Assembly: GCA_958295685.2 (NCBI GenBank)
Contig: OY282365.1
Coordinates: 395,395 to 459,394, forward strand
DNA length: 64,000 nt
Reading direction: 5' to 3'
Source: an uncultured Dehalococcoidia bacterium
Lineage (GTDB): Bacteria > Chloroflexota > Dehalococcoidia > Lucifugimonadales > CATQGZ01
Part shown: one piece after another, positions 8,629 to 19,587 of the stretch
Numbering within the stretch: the stretch's first letter is position 1
How the letters are laid out: every line of letters begins with the position of its first letter
Made by a program: the position numbers and the translations under genes
The notes under the pieces: generated by a model
What the model was told of the DNA's origin: nothing
Databases searched by the model: none
What the model saw: the letters and a program-made list of their open reading frames with translations, nothing else

Positions 8629-9849
8629 CTATTCTTCCTGTTCCTGCTCATCCCAGGATACGAGGTGCCCGGTCTCTTCGGCCTTGCGCCGCACGGCGTG
8701 GTAGACCTCGTCGAGGGGCAGACCCTTATCCAGCGCGATGCGGCGGCATGACTCGTACTCGGGGGCCACGCTGACGGCTCGTCCTCCGATCCTCTTGATC
8801 TTGACTTGGGCTCTGCCCAGCGCGGTGTCGACCTCGACGACTTCGCGCTCGGCTTCGTACCTGGCGATGGGCCGCACCCTGACTCCAAGGGTGGATGACT
8901 CGCGCATGATGAGGTCGACGGCGCGAGTTTCCAGGTCGGACGGGACGATGACGCTGATCATGATGCCGGGTCGGTTCTTCTTCATCTGTATAGGCGTGAA
9001 CCAGACGTCCCGGGCTCCTATCTCGAACAGGCGCTCGTGCAGATAGCCCAGCAGATTCCCGCCCATGTCGTCCACGTTGGTTTCGAGCAGGGTGTTGCCG
9101 GTCACGAATGGCGCGCCGGTCTCTTCGCCGACCCACAGCGCGAGGGCGTTCGGGTAGTGGCGCGACTCACGGCTGCCAAGCCCGTAGCCGATGCGTTCCA
9201 GGATGAGGCCGGGCCGGTGGAAGGCTGCCAGGGTGGTGATGATGGCCGCCCCCGTGGGAGTTACCATTTCGCCGGTCTCGGCGGCGTTGGCGTGGGCGGG
9301 CGCCACCGGCGCGCGCGCCATTGCCATGAGGGCGGTCGTCGCGGGCGTCGGGACCGGAAGCGGGCCGTGTTCGCTCATGACAATCCCGCCGCCGGCCGGC
9401 AGGGCTGAGGAGTAGACGCGTTCTACCCTGAGCAGTTCCAGACCTGCCACGCTGCCGACCACGTCGACTATGGTGTCCAGGCTGCCGAGTTCATGGAGCC
9501 TGGCGTCTTCGGCGGTGGTTCCGTGCGCGGCGGCCTCTGCCTCGGCGAGCCGGCGCAGAATCGCGCGGGAGCGCCCGGCAACCGCAGGCTCTAGGGATGA
9601 GCGGCCGATCATCGTGTCGAAGTCGCGCCAGCTCAGTCCTCGCGGGGCGCCTTCGCACAGTTCGACGGAGACCAGGGTTCCGTCGACCCCTCCTCGCCGC
9701 GCGCGGCTTGGCGCGAGACTGAACCCCTCGACGTCCAGCTTTCGAAGCTCTCGCTCCAGGTCGGAGACCGTTACGCCGGCGTCGATGATCGAGCCGAGGA
9801 TCATGTCCCCGCTCGCGCCGCCTATACACTGGAAGTAGGCGCTCCGCAG
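8629..9849 (-). CDS. larC: LarC-like nickel insertion protein (DUF111 family)
   Basis: The track ORF starts at MILGSIIDAG, but the conserved N-terminus AYFQCIGGASGDM continues in frame upstream. The only plausible start is CTG at 9849, 8 nt after a GGAGG and 1 nt after the radA stop. Confidence 0.75.
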   Translation of the reverse strand: MRSAYFQCIGGASGDMILGSIIDAGVTVSDLERELRKLDVEGFSLAPSRARRGGVDGTLVSVELCEGAPRGLSWRDFDTMIGRSSLEPAVAGRSRAILRRLAEAEAAAHGTTAEDARLHELGSLDTIVDVVGSVAGLELLRVERVYSSALPAGGGIVMSEHGPLPVPTPATTALMAMARAPVAPAHANAAETGEMVTPTGAAIITTLAAFHRPGLILERIGYGLGSRESRHYPNALALWVGEETGAPFVTGNTLLETNVDDMGGNLLGYLHERLFEIGARDVWFTPIQMKKNRPGIMISVIVPSDLETRAVDLIMRESSTLGVRVRPIARYEAEREVVEVDTALGRAQVKIKRIGGRAVSVAPEYESCRRIALDKGLPLDEVYHAVRRKAEETGHLVSWDEQEQEE

Positions 9850-9850
9850 T

Positions 9851-11242
9851 CTATTTGCCTCCTGTGCGTGGGGTTTTGCCGGTCAGGCACGCCCTCACGG
9901 CCTCGGAGACCGTGCCGACCTGGCGCGCGTCCAGGCTTTGCGGCAGGTCTCCGAGGCTGCGGTCGTCCACTGGAAGCAGGCACTTCCCCAGACCCAGACG
10001 GGCGGCTTCGGCGATGCGTCTGCCGAGCTGGGGCACGCCGCGGACCTCTCCGCCCAGTCCCAATTCGCCGACCGCGGCGAGGTCGGGGGCGAGGGGGATG
10101 CTCCTGAAACTGGACGTGATGGCGAGCGCGACCGCAAGGTCGGCCGCCGGCTCGCTGACTTTCAGGCCGCCCGTCACGTTGACGACGACGTCTTGATTGG
10201 CCAGCGGTATGCCGGCGCGCCTGCTCAGCACGGCGCATATGAGTAGGAGCCGGGTCAGGTCTGTTCCGGTGGCGACTCGCCTGGGCGCTGGCAGCGACGA
10301 CGGCGTGGTGAGAGCCTGCACTTCAACGAGGATCGGTCTGCTTCCCTCTATGACCGCCGTGATGGCTGAGCCGACCGACCCGGCCCTGCGGTCTGACAGC
10401 AGAGTCCGGGAGGGGTCCGTCACGTCGACGAGTCCGCGCTGGGTCATTTCGAAGACCCCGATCTCGTTGGTGGAGCCGAAGCGGTTCTTGACGGTTCGGA
10501 GAAGCCTCCACGAGCTGATTGGGTCGCCCTCCATGTGGAGCACGACGTCGACCATGTGCTCCAGTATCCTGGGCCCCGCGATGTCGCCGCCTTTGGTGAC
10601 GTGGCCGCTCAGCACGACGGGCGTCTCGGTCGACTTGGCCCATTCCATCAGCCGGCGCCCGCATTCGCGCACCTGCGAGGCGGTGCCGGCCCCTGATGAA
10701 ACCGAGTCGTCGTATACCGTCTGTATGGAGTCCACCAGCGCGGCTGCCGGCCTTCTGTTGTTCAGGTGATCCAGTATCGAGTCCACCTGTGTCTCCGTGG
10801 TCAGGAAGAGGCCGCGCCCCTGTATTCCGAGTCTGTCGGCGCGCATCTTCACCTGCGCCGCCGACTCTTCCCCCGAGACGTAGAACGCTTCTCCGGCCGA
10901 GCCTGCGATATCGGCGGCAAGCCTGAGCAGGACGGTCGACTTGCCGATGCCCGGGTCGCCGGCGATCAGGACGGCTGAGCCTGGAACCAGTCCGCCGCCC
11001 AGCGTCCTGTCGACCTCTGCCGACGAGGTAGGGATGCGCGGCCGGTCGGCGGTCGATACGTCGGTCAGTTCTCTGACGGCGTCTCCGGCGGTTCCGATCC
11101 AGCCGGGTCTGTGGGCGCGTCCTCTGTGGACCTCGGCGAGCGAGTTCCACTGACCGCAGGCGGGGCACCGCCCTTCCCACTTCGGCGTTTCGGCGCCGCA
11201 GATGCCGCAGGCGAAGACGACCCTGCTCTTTTCGGCGGACAT
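9851..11242 (-). CDS. radA: DNA repair protein RadA/Sms
   Basis: 463 aa; zinc finger CGICGAETPKWEGRCPACGQWNS, Walker A GDPGIGKST, KNRFG motif and Lon-like C-terminus. Lies downstream of clpC, as in Gram-positive genomes. Confidence 0.95.
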   Translation of the reverse strand: MSAEKSRVVFACGICGAETPKWEGRCPACGQWNSLAEVHRGRAHRPGWIGTAGDAVRELTDVSTADRPRIPTSSAEVDRTLGGGLVPGSAVLIAGDPGIGKSTVLLRLAADIAGSAGEAFYVSGEESAAQVKMRADRLGIQGRGLFLTTETQVDSILDHLNNRRPAAALVDSIQTVYDDSVSSGAGTASQVRECGRRLMEWAKSTETPVVLSGHVTKGGDIAGPRILEHMVDVVLHMEGDPISSWRLLRTVKNRFGSTNEIGVFEMTQRGLVDVTDPSRTLLSDRRAGSVGSAITAVIEGSRPILVEVQALTTPSSLPAPRRVATGTDLTRLLLICAVLSRRAGIPLANQDVVVNVTGGLKVSEPAADLAVALAITSSFRSIPLAPDLAAVGELGLGGEVRGVPQLGRRIAEAARLGLGKCLLPVDDRSLGDLPQSLDARQVGTVSEAVRACLTGKTPRTGGK

Positions 11243-11302
11243 GGCCTTCCAACCTACCGGCGGAGCGCGCGGAGTAGGGGCGGGGATGGGATGCGGGTCG
11301 AG

Positions 11303-13753
<2,451 letters not shown>

Positions 13754-13852
13754 GTGTCAAGTCTCCTGTGGCGTTCGTTGTCTGTGGTAGCGCGGGACTT
13801 TGGTTGTGGTCCGTACTCGTGCTATGTGCTTTCGGTCTCCGTGTCCCGATAC

Positions 13853-15133
13853 CTAAGAGTAGTCAGGATTGTAAGGGTCCTGGCTGCTCTGAAAGAAGCC
13901 GCCCTCTTCTTTCGCCTGCTTCAGGCTGAGCCCTAGGCGCCGGCGTTCCGGTTCGATCCTGAGTATCTTGACCCGTATGGGTTCGCCTTCGCTCACGGCT
14001 TCTTTGGGATGGCCGATCATTCTTTCGCTCAACTCCGATATGTGGATCAGGCCCTCGATGGCTCCTTCGATGCGCGCGAACGCGCCGAAGTTGGTCAGCT
14101 TGGTCACGGTGGCATCCACGACGTCGTCTACGTGGTAGCGCTCATTGATCGTGTCCCAGGGTTCGGGCTGCAGGCGCCTGAGGCTGAGCGCGATTCGTTT
14201 GTTCTCCGCGTCGACGCGGAGAACGTATACGTTCAGTTCGTCTCCGACCTTCACGACCTCGCCGGGCGAATCGACCTGTCCCCATGAGAGCTCGGAGATG
14301 TGGATGAGGCCGTCAGCGCCGCCGAGGTCTACGAACGCTCCGAAGTTGCTGATCCCGGTTACCCTTCCGCTGCGGACCTCTCCTTCCCGCAGCTCTTGGA
14401 TCAGCCGAGCCTTCTGAGCGTCCCGCCGCTCCTGTACTGCCTGCCGCTCGGAGAATATCGCCCTGTTCCGGCTTCTGTTGACTTCGAGGACCCTCAGGTC
14501 TATCTCTTTGCCGACGTATTCCTCGCGGGGGTCCACGTCGGGGGTGGCGGGCGTCTGGTCATCGCGCGCCTGCCCTGCGTCGGCCTCACCTGCGTCGGCC
14601 TCACCTGATTCCTCTGCCAGCGGTTCCTTCGGGTCAGGGGGCTGCTGGTCGGGCTTTCGAGTATCCCTGAAGTGGGCCCTCGGGACGCTCGCAAGCTGTG
14701 AGATGGGAACGAACCCCTGGACGTTCTCGGCCTCTACGATCGCGCCGCCCCTGTTGAAGCCGAGTATCGTGCCCTTGGCAATCGTGCCCTTCTCCATGGC
14801 CACCTCGAGGACACGCCAGCCGTGCTCTCCCGCGGCCCGGTCGATGGACAGGATCGCGCCTTCATCTCCGGTTTCGGGTCGCACGACGAGGGTGACGATC
14901 TCGTCGCCCACTGACAGACGCCCACGCGCGGCAGAGTCCAGGGTTTTCATCTCGCCTGGCGGCACGACGCCCTCGGACTTGGCGCCAACGTTCACCAGTA
15001 TCCCATCCGCGTCCGCGCGCATTACGACCCCTTCCACCATGTCGCCTCTCTTCAGAGGCTTCATAGGCTTTATCGAGTCGAGCAGCTCCCCCATTTCGGA
15101 GGACGGGCCGCTTTCCTGCCCCATGGAGTTCAT
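13853..15133 (-). CDS. rpsA: 30S ribosomal protein S1
   Basis: 426 aa with four S1 domains (e.g. GRVTGISNFGAFVDLGG, ATVTKLTNFGAFARIEG). Contains an acidic low-complexity insert with a 15-bp tandem duplication (GEADAGEADAG). Confidence 0.85.
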   Translation of the reverse strand: MNSMGQESGPSSEMGELLDSIKPMKPLKRGDMVEGVVMRADADGILVNVGAKSEGVVPPGEMKTLDSAARGRLSVGDEIVTLVVRPETGDEGAILSIDRAAGEHGWRVLEVAMEKGTIAKGTILGFNRGGAIVEAENVQGFVPISQLASVPRAHFRDTRKPDQQPPDPKEPLAEESGEADAGEADAGQARDDQTPATPDVDPREEYVGKEIDLRVLEVNRSRNRAIFSERQAVQERRDAQKARLIQELREGEVRSGRVTGISNFGAFVDLGGADGLIHISELSWGQVDSPGEVVKVGDELNVYVLRVDAENKRIALSLRRLQPEPWDTINERYHVDDVVDATVTKLTNFGAFARIEGAIEGLIHISELSERMIGHPKEAVSEGEPIRVKILRIEPERRRLGLSLKQAKEEGGFFQSSQDPYNPDYS

Positions 15134-15177
15134 ACTAGAGAATCATCAGAGTTGGGTCAGAGTTGGGATGGAGCTTC

Positions 15178-15207
15178 ATTATAGACACTATCGGCGCGGG
15201 ATGTAAA
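15178..15207 (-). promoter_or_regulatory. Candidate rpsA promoter
   Basis: Minus-sense TTTACA (15207-15202), 18-nt spacer, TATAAT (15183-15178), about 45 nt upstream of the rpsA ATG. Confidence 0.55.
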
Positions 15208-15334
15208 GATTAAATGCGCCCTGTACCTGTGCAGTCTTCACGCCATCATTCCCGCTAAGGGCCGGAACCGCCAGCGAAGCGGTCCGTCGAAAGAGCCGCG
15301 AGACGCGGAGGCGGGGTCGGGAGTGAGCGCGCAA

Positions 15335-15457
15335 CCCCCTGGCAGTGACCTATTTTCCCACTCCGTCGCCAGAGCAGTATCGTCAGCGCTGAGACGTTTC
15401 ACTACCGTGTTCGGAATGGGAACGGGTGGGCCCGCCTCGCCAAGACCACCAGGGGGG
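15335..15457 (-). rRNA. rrf: 5S ribosomal RNA, not linked to 16S/23S in this window
   Basis: Minus-sense CCCCCUGGUGGUCUUGGCGAGGCGGGCCCACCCGUUCCCAUUCCGAACACGGUAGUGAAACGUCUCAGCGCUGACGAUACUGCUCUGGCGACGGAGUGGGAAAAUAGGUCACUGCCAGGGGG. It aligns along its length with E. coli 5S (CCGAAC...GUGAAAC...GGGAA..CUGCCAGG), and helix I closes the ends. Confidence 0.95.
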
Positions 15458-15515
15458 ATGGCGTTACGTTTGAAAGCAGCCCGGCCGCTATTGCGACGGA
15501 CGGGGCGCATCAATA

Positions 15516-15544
15516 AATATATCCGCCTGGGGTCTGGCTGTCAA
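15516..15544 (-). promoter_or_regulatory. Proximal promoter (P2) of the 5S rRNA gene
   Basis: Minus-sense TTGACA (15544-15539), 17-nt spacer, TATATT (15521-15516), about 60 nt upstream of the 5S 5' end. Confidence 0.6.
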
Positions 15545-15560
15545 CAGCCGCCGCAGGTGA

Positions 15561-15753
15561 TTTTTTTGCCGGAAGTGTCAGATTTTCGGGCATTTCGTAG
15601 CTGAGAGGGCCGATTTTGGCTGACACTATCTGACACTCGTCTGACACTTATCTGACACTATCTGACAGTCGCTTCGGGAGTCTTGCGGGCTGATTGTGGA
15701 GAGAGGCGGCTGTGTCATGGGCATACTCTAGCACAGCGGTTCGGTGGTGTCAA
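15561..15753 (-). ncRNA. Candidate promoter-linked structured leader/ncRNA cassette, copy B (distal promoter P1 of 5S rRNA)
   Basis: Minus-sense TTGACA (15753-15748), 17-nt spacer, TAGAGT (15730-15725). CATGACACAGCC block, tandem words GTGTCAGATAA, loop AAAATCGGCCCTCTCAGCTACGAAAT, inverted word CTGACAC (plus-strand 15575-15581), then TTCCGGCAAAAAAA. Confidence 0.5.
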
Positions 15754-16058
15754 TTGTCTGAATCAGGATTCTCAGGATTGGAGGATTAGCAGGATTGGGA
15801 GGCGCGGGCGATTCAGGGGTGCCCCTACACGTTGGGACGGCTGTCGGTCACGGGGGATTGTCTGAATCAGGATTCTCAGGATTGGAGGATTAGCAGGATT
15901 GGGAGGCGCGGGCGATTCAGGAGTGCCCCTACACGTTGGGGCGGCTGTCGGTCACGGGGGATTGTCTGAATCAGGATTTGCAGGATTAGGGGATTAGCAG
16001 GATTGGGAGGCGCGGGCGATTCAGGGGCGCCCCTACACGTTGGGGCGGCTGTCGATCT
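15753..16058 (-). repeat. Three tandem 104-bp upstream modules with phased AATCCT (AGGATT) hexamers
   Basis: Units start at 15753, 15857 and 15961. Each carries ATTGTCTGAATCAGGATTCTCAGGATTGGAGGATTAGCAGGATTGGGAGGCGCGGGCGATTCAGG.GTGCCCCTACACGTTGGGGCGGCTGTCGGTCACGGGGG. Confidence 0.85.
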
Positions 16059-16147
16059 GGGGCGCGCTGATGACATCATAATGGCGCGGAGAGGCTGAAC
16101 GACGGACGCGGTTGACCCTCCGGGAACGCTGTTGCTACACTCGCGTC

Positions 16148-16861
16148 ATGGATGTATCGGCTATAGGGGCGCTCACGTTCGACGTTTTCGGCACAGTGGT
16201 GGACTGGCGCGCCACGATCATCCGCGAGGGCCGCAGGCTCGGCGCCGAGAAGGGCATACGCGCGGACTGGGCGGCGTTTGCCGATGCCTGGCGGGGTGGG
16301 TATGAGCCCGCGATGCGGAGCGTGCGTACCGGCGAGCGGCCCTGGGCGAAGATCGACGTTCTCCACAGGGAGATACTCGACGGGCTGTTGGACAGGTTCG
16401 GACTCTCGGGTCTGACCGAGGATGAGAGGGACCACCTGAACAGGGTGTGGCACCGCCTGGACCCCTGGCCCGAGGCGGTGGAGGGAATCGGCCGCCTGCG
16501 GCGCCGGTTCGCGGCGGCCGCTCTGTCCAATGGCAACATGGCTCTGCTCACCAACATGGCGAGGAACGCGGGCATCCCTTGGGACTGCATCCTTTCGTCC
16601 GAGTTGGCGAGGCAGTACAAGCCCGACCCGTCGGTCTACCTGACCGCCGCAGACCTTCTCGGACTCCCCACGGACCGGGTGATGATGGTCGCCGCGCACG
16701 TCCACGACCTGAACGGCGCGAAGGCGGTCGGGATGAGGACGGCCTTCGTTCACAGGCCGCTGGAGTTTGGCTCGAACCGTTCTCCGGAGACTCCGCCCGC
16801 CGGGGCTTTCGACGTCTGGGCCACCGACTTTCTGGATCTGGCGGCTCAGCTTGGCGCGTAA
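16148..16861 (+). CDS. Haloacid dehalogenase type II (HAD superfamily hydrolase)
   Basis: ATG 16148 (MDVSAIGALTFDVFGTVVDW, nucleophile motif DxFGT). Also ALSNGN and KPDP motifs. Confidence 0.8.
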   Translation: MDVSAIGALTFDVFGTVVDWRATIIREGRRLGAEKGIRADWAAFADAWRGGYEPAMRSVRTGERPWAKIDVLHREILDGLLDRFGLSGLTEDERDHLNRVWHRLDPWPEAVEGIGRLRRRFAAAALSNGNMALLTNMARNAGIPWDCILSSELARQYKPDPSVYLTAADLLGLPTDRVMMVAAHVHDLNGAKAVGMRTAFVHRPLEFGSNRSPETPPAGAFDVWATDFLDLAAQLGA

Positions 16862-18032
16862 GCCCAACGTCCTGGTCGCGCAGGGCGGCGGGCCGACCGC
16901 GGTGTTCAATCGCAGCCTGTACGGTCTGGTGGACGAGGCGTCCCGCAGCGAGTCTCTCGGCAGTGTCCTCGGGGCGTCCTTTGGCCTGGACGGGCTGCTC
17001 GGAGGCAGGGTGATCGACCTGAGCGGCCTGCCGGGCAGCGTCTGGCGGCGAGTGGCGCGCACGCCGGGCGCGGCCCTCGGCTCCAGCCGTCGGAGGCTTC
17101 GAGTCGAGGATGCGTCCACTGTGCTGGAGGTCCTAGAGACCCAGAGCATCGGATACTGCTTCGTCATCGGCGGGAATGACTCGGCGGAGACGGGGCTCGG
17201 CATCAGCCGGGAGGCGCGTAAGGCCGGATATGACCTCCGCGTGGTCTGCGTTCCCAAGACGATCGACAACGATCTGGTGTTGACGGATCACACGCCGGGA
17301 TACGGCAGCGCGGCGCGGTTCGTGGCGATGGCCGCGGCAGGGGCGGGCAGCGACGCCGAGTCGATGGGGGCCGCGGCGCCCGTGACTGTGATCGAGGTGA
17401 TGGGCCGAGATTCGGGGTGGCTGGCGGCCTCGTCTGCGCTGGCAAGGATGGAGAGCCGAGACGCCCCCCACGTCATATCCGTTCCCGAGGTTCCCGTGGA
17501 TGAGGACGCGTTCGTTGCGGAGATGGAGGCTGCCTGCGTCTCCCATGGTTTTGCCGTGGCGGTGGTTGCGGAGAACGCGCGGGGCGTCGACGGTCCGCTG
17601 GGGGGTCAGACCGAACCCTGGCACGTGGACGACTTCGGCCACCGGTATTTCGACGGGCCGGGCCGATACCTGGCCGGTCTGGTGGGGCGCCGCCTCGGAG
17701 TCAGGGCGCGGCACGAGAAGCCGGGCACCATCCAGCGCTCGATGGCCGCCGCCGTATCGGGGACGGACGCCGAGGAGGCGGATATGGCGGGCCGGGCGGC
17801 AGTCCGCGCCGCTCTGGAGGGCCATAGCGAGGTTATGGTGACCCTGGCGCGCGAGCCTGGGGAGCGGTACGTCTGCACGACGGGCCTGGCGCCGCTGGCC
17901 GAGGTTGCCGGGCGAGTGAGGCCGATGCCGAGCCGCTACCTGAGCGGCGGATTCGCCGTCACCGACGCGTTCGTCGAGTACGCAAGGCCCCTGATAGGGG
18001 CGCCCCTGCCCAGGTTCGGACGGCTCCGCTGA
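16851..18032 (+). CDS. Phosphofructokinase family protein (PfkA family, possibly PPi-dependent)
   Basis: TTG 16851 overlaps the HAD stop. Motifs LVAQGGGPTAVFN, FVIGGNDS, PKTIDNDL and VMGRDSGW. Confidence 0.75.
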   Translation: MARKPNVLVAQGGGPTAVFNRSLYGLVDEASRSESLGSVLGASFGLDGLLGGRVIDLSGLPGSVWRRVARTPGAALGSSRRRLRVEDASTVLEVLETQSIGYCFVIGGNDSAETGLGISREARKAGYDLRVVCVPKTIDNDLVLTDHTPGYGSAARFVAMAAAGAGSDAESMGAAAPVTVIEVMGRDSGWLAASSALARMESRDAPHVISVPEVPVDEDAFVAEMEAACVSHGFAVAVVAENARGVDGPLGGQTEPWHVDDFGHRYFDGPGRYLAGLVGRRLGVRARHEKPGTIQRSMAAAVSGTDAEEADMAGRAAVRAALEGHSEVMVTLAREPGERYVCTTGLAPLAEVAGRVRPMPSRYLSGGFAVTDAFVEYARPLIGAPLPRFGRLR

Positions 18033-18053
18033 ACGGCGGGGGAGGCTTCGTCC

Positions 18054-19082
18054 ATGAGATTCGGTTGGTCCAACTCGCTGCTTCTGGTCTTCGTAGCGGT
18101 CGAGGCCGTGACGGGGCTCTTCTCCCTCACGGCGGGCGGCGCGCCTGACGCCGCGGCCTTCATCATCGTCCATAGAATCGCGGGGTACGGCATACTGGTC
18201 GTTCTGGCCTGGAAGCTCAGGCTGGTCTTCTCTTCACTGAAGTTTCCCAGGTCGAGAGCGCCCCGGTACGCGTCCATCGTACTCATGGTGACGCTGCTGG
18301 CGGCGCTCGGAACCGGGTTCGCCTGGTCGCTGGCGGGACCGTACAGCTTCGCCTGGTTCAGCGGTGTCAGCTGGCACATCAACTTGGGCGTCCTGCTGCT
18401 CCCGGTTCTCGTGTGGCACGCGATATACCAGACGCGCGGGTTTCCTCTGTCGTTCTGGGCCGACCGGCGCTCGTTTCTGAGGCTGACAGGCGTAACGATT
18501 GCGGGGCTGGCGGCCTGGCAGCTTGCGGAGTTGGGCTCGCGTCTGGTCAGGGCGGACGCTTCGGACAGGCGCTTCACCGGCTCCTACGAGGCGAGGAGCT
18601 TCTCGGGAAACGACTTCCCGCTCACGTCGTGGCTGAATGACAGGCCGGGGCGGGTGGACCCCGACGGCTGGAGACTGGAGGTGTCCGGCGCCGTGTCCCG
18701 GAGGCTGTTACTGTCGTATGAGGAGATGGGCGGCGAGTCCGAAACGACCGCTACGCTGGATTGCACAGGAGGCTGGTACTCGACGCAGGTCTGGACGGGG
18801 ACGTCCGTGGCGGAGCTTCTCGCGCGGGCGGGCGTGCTTGACTCCGCGGCCAGCGTGACCTTCACGTCGGTCACCGGGTACTACAGGCGCTTCTCGCTCG
18901 ACGAGGCAAGCGGCTATCTGCTTGCCGCCAGGGTGGGTGGCGAGAGGCTGTCCCACGGCCACGGCTTCCCGGTCCGCCTGGTGGCTCCGGGAAAGCGCGG
19001 ATTCGAGTGGGTCAAGTGGATCGACCGCATCGAGGTCAACGAGACGTCCAAGTGGCTGCAGCCGCCCCTGCCGATCCAGTAG
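18054..19082 (+). CDS. Membrane-anchored molybdopterin-dependent oxidoreductase (sulfite oxidase/MsrP-like domain)
   Basis: N-terminal hydrophobic helices, then an oxidoreductase Mo-binding domain (TLDCTGGWYS, GFPVRLVAPGKRGFEWVKWI). Confidence 0.7.
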   Translation: MRFGWSNSLLLVFVAVEAVTGLFSLTAGGAPDAAAFIIVHRIAGYGILVVLAWKLRLVFSSLKFPRSRAPRYASIVLMVTLLAALGTGFAWSLAGPYSFAWFSGVSWHINLGVLLLPVLVWHAIYQTRGFPLSFWADRRSFLRLTGVTIAGLAAWQLAELGSRLVRADASDRRFTGSYEARSFSGNDFPLTSWLNDRPGRVDPDGWRLEVSGAVSRRLLLSYEEMGGESETTATLDCTGGWYSTQVWTGTSVAELLARAGVLDSAASVTFTSVTGYYRRFSLDEASGYLLAARVGGERLSHGHGFPVRLVAPGKRGFEWVKWIDRIEVNETSKWLQPPLPIQ

Positions 19083-19090
19083 GGGGAGAG

Positions 19091-19585
19091 CTATGGATGG
19101 TCCTCATAAACGACTCGGCCATTCTCGCGCGCCCAGCTAATTGAGAATCCGACGTGAGATATTGTGTTACTACTTCTATTCAACTGGCGCTCTGCCTCAA
19201 CTACTGCAACTCTCGGATCAAGTTCGTAAATTGTCTTGCATCTGGTCTGGTTGTTTGCGTAGAAGACGGCGAGATACAATTTGGCGTTCCTCGTTATTCT
19301 CACCAGAGACTCCGCGCGCTTACTGGCGGGTTCCTTGAACATCCTGTCGATCTGACCGCTTCCGCCTTCTTTGCAGGATAGGTACTCATACTTTTCATTT
19401 GGATCACTGTAGGCATGAGCATCCGCATCACGTTTGGAATGGATCAACACATGTCCGAGTATATCTGCAATGATCATCTCCTTGATCAGACCTGGCTGGA
19501 GCAGGTTGTTGATTCCTACTGATCTAGCCAGGATGCCGGCTTTGAGCACCAAGTCGATAATCCTGCGGTAAGTGCCGCTCGCCAC
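19091..19585 (-). CDS. Small type II restriction endonuclease candidate (PvuII-like by eye)
   Basis: 164 aa in a low-GC islet. GINNLLQPGLIKEMIIADILGH...DADAH...EKYEYLSCK resembles the PvuII segment [22 protein letters not shown]...NDAVD...QEYELKS. Lies 2 nt downstream of a methyltransferase. Confidence 0.5.
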   Translation of the reverse strand: MASGTYRRIIDLVLKAGILARSVGINNLLQPGLIKEMIIADILGHVLIHSKRDADAHAYSDPNEKYEYLSCKEGGSGQIDRMFKEPASKRAESLVRITRNAKLYLAVFYANNQTRCKTIYELDPRVAVVEAERQLNRSSNTISHVGFSISWARENGRVVYEDHP

Positions 19586-19587
19586 TC

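Noticed and set aside
15683-16079. ORFs through the upstream modules (repeated LNQDSQDWRISRIG peptides; also 2101-2304, 61134-61569).
   Set aside because: They lie in tandem DNA repeats, occur in both orientations and different frames, and have no start context. They are artefacts of the repeat.
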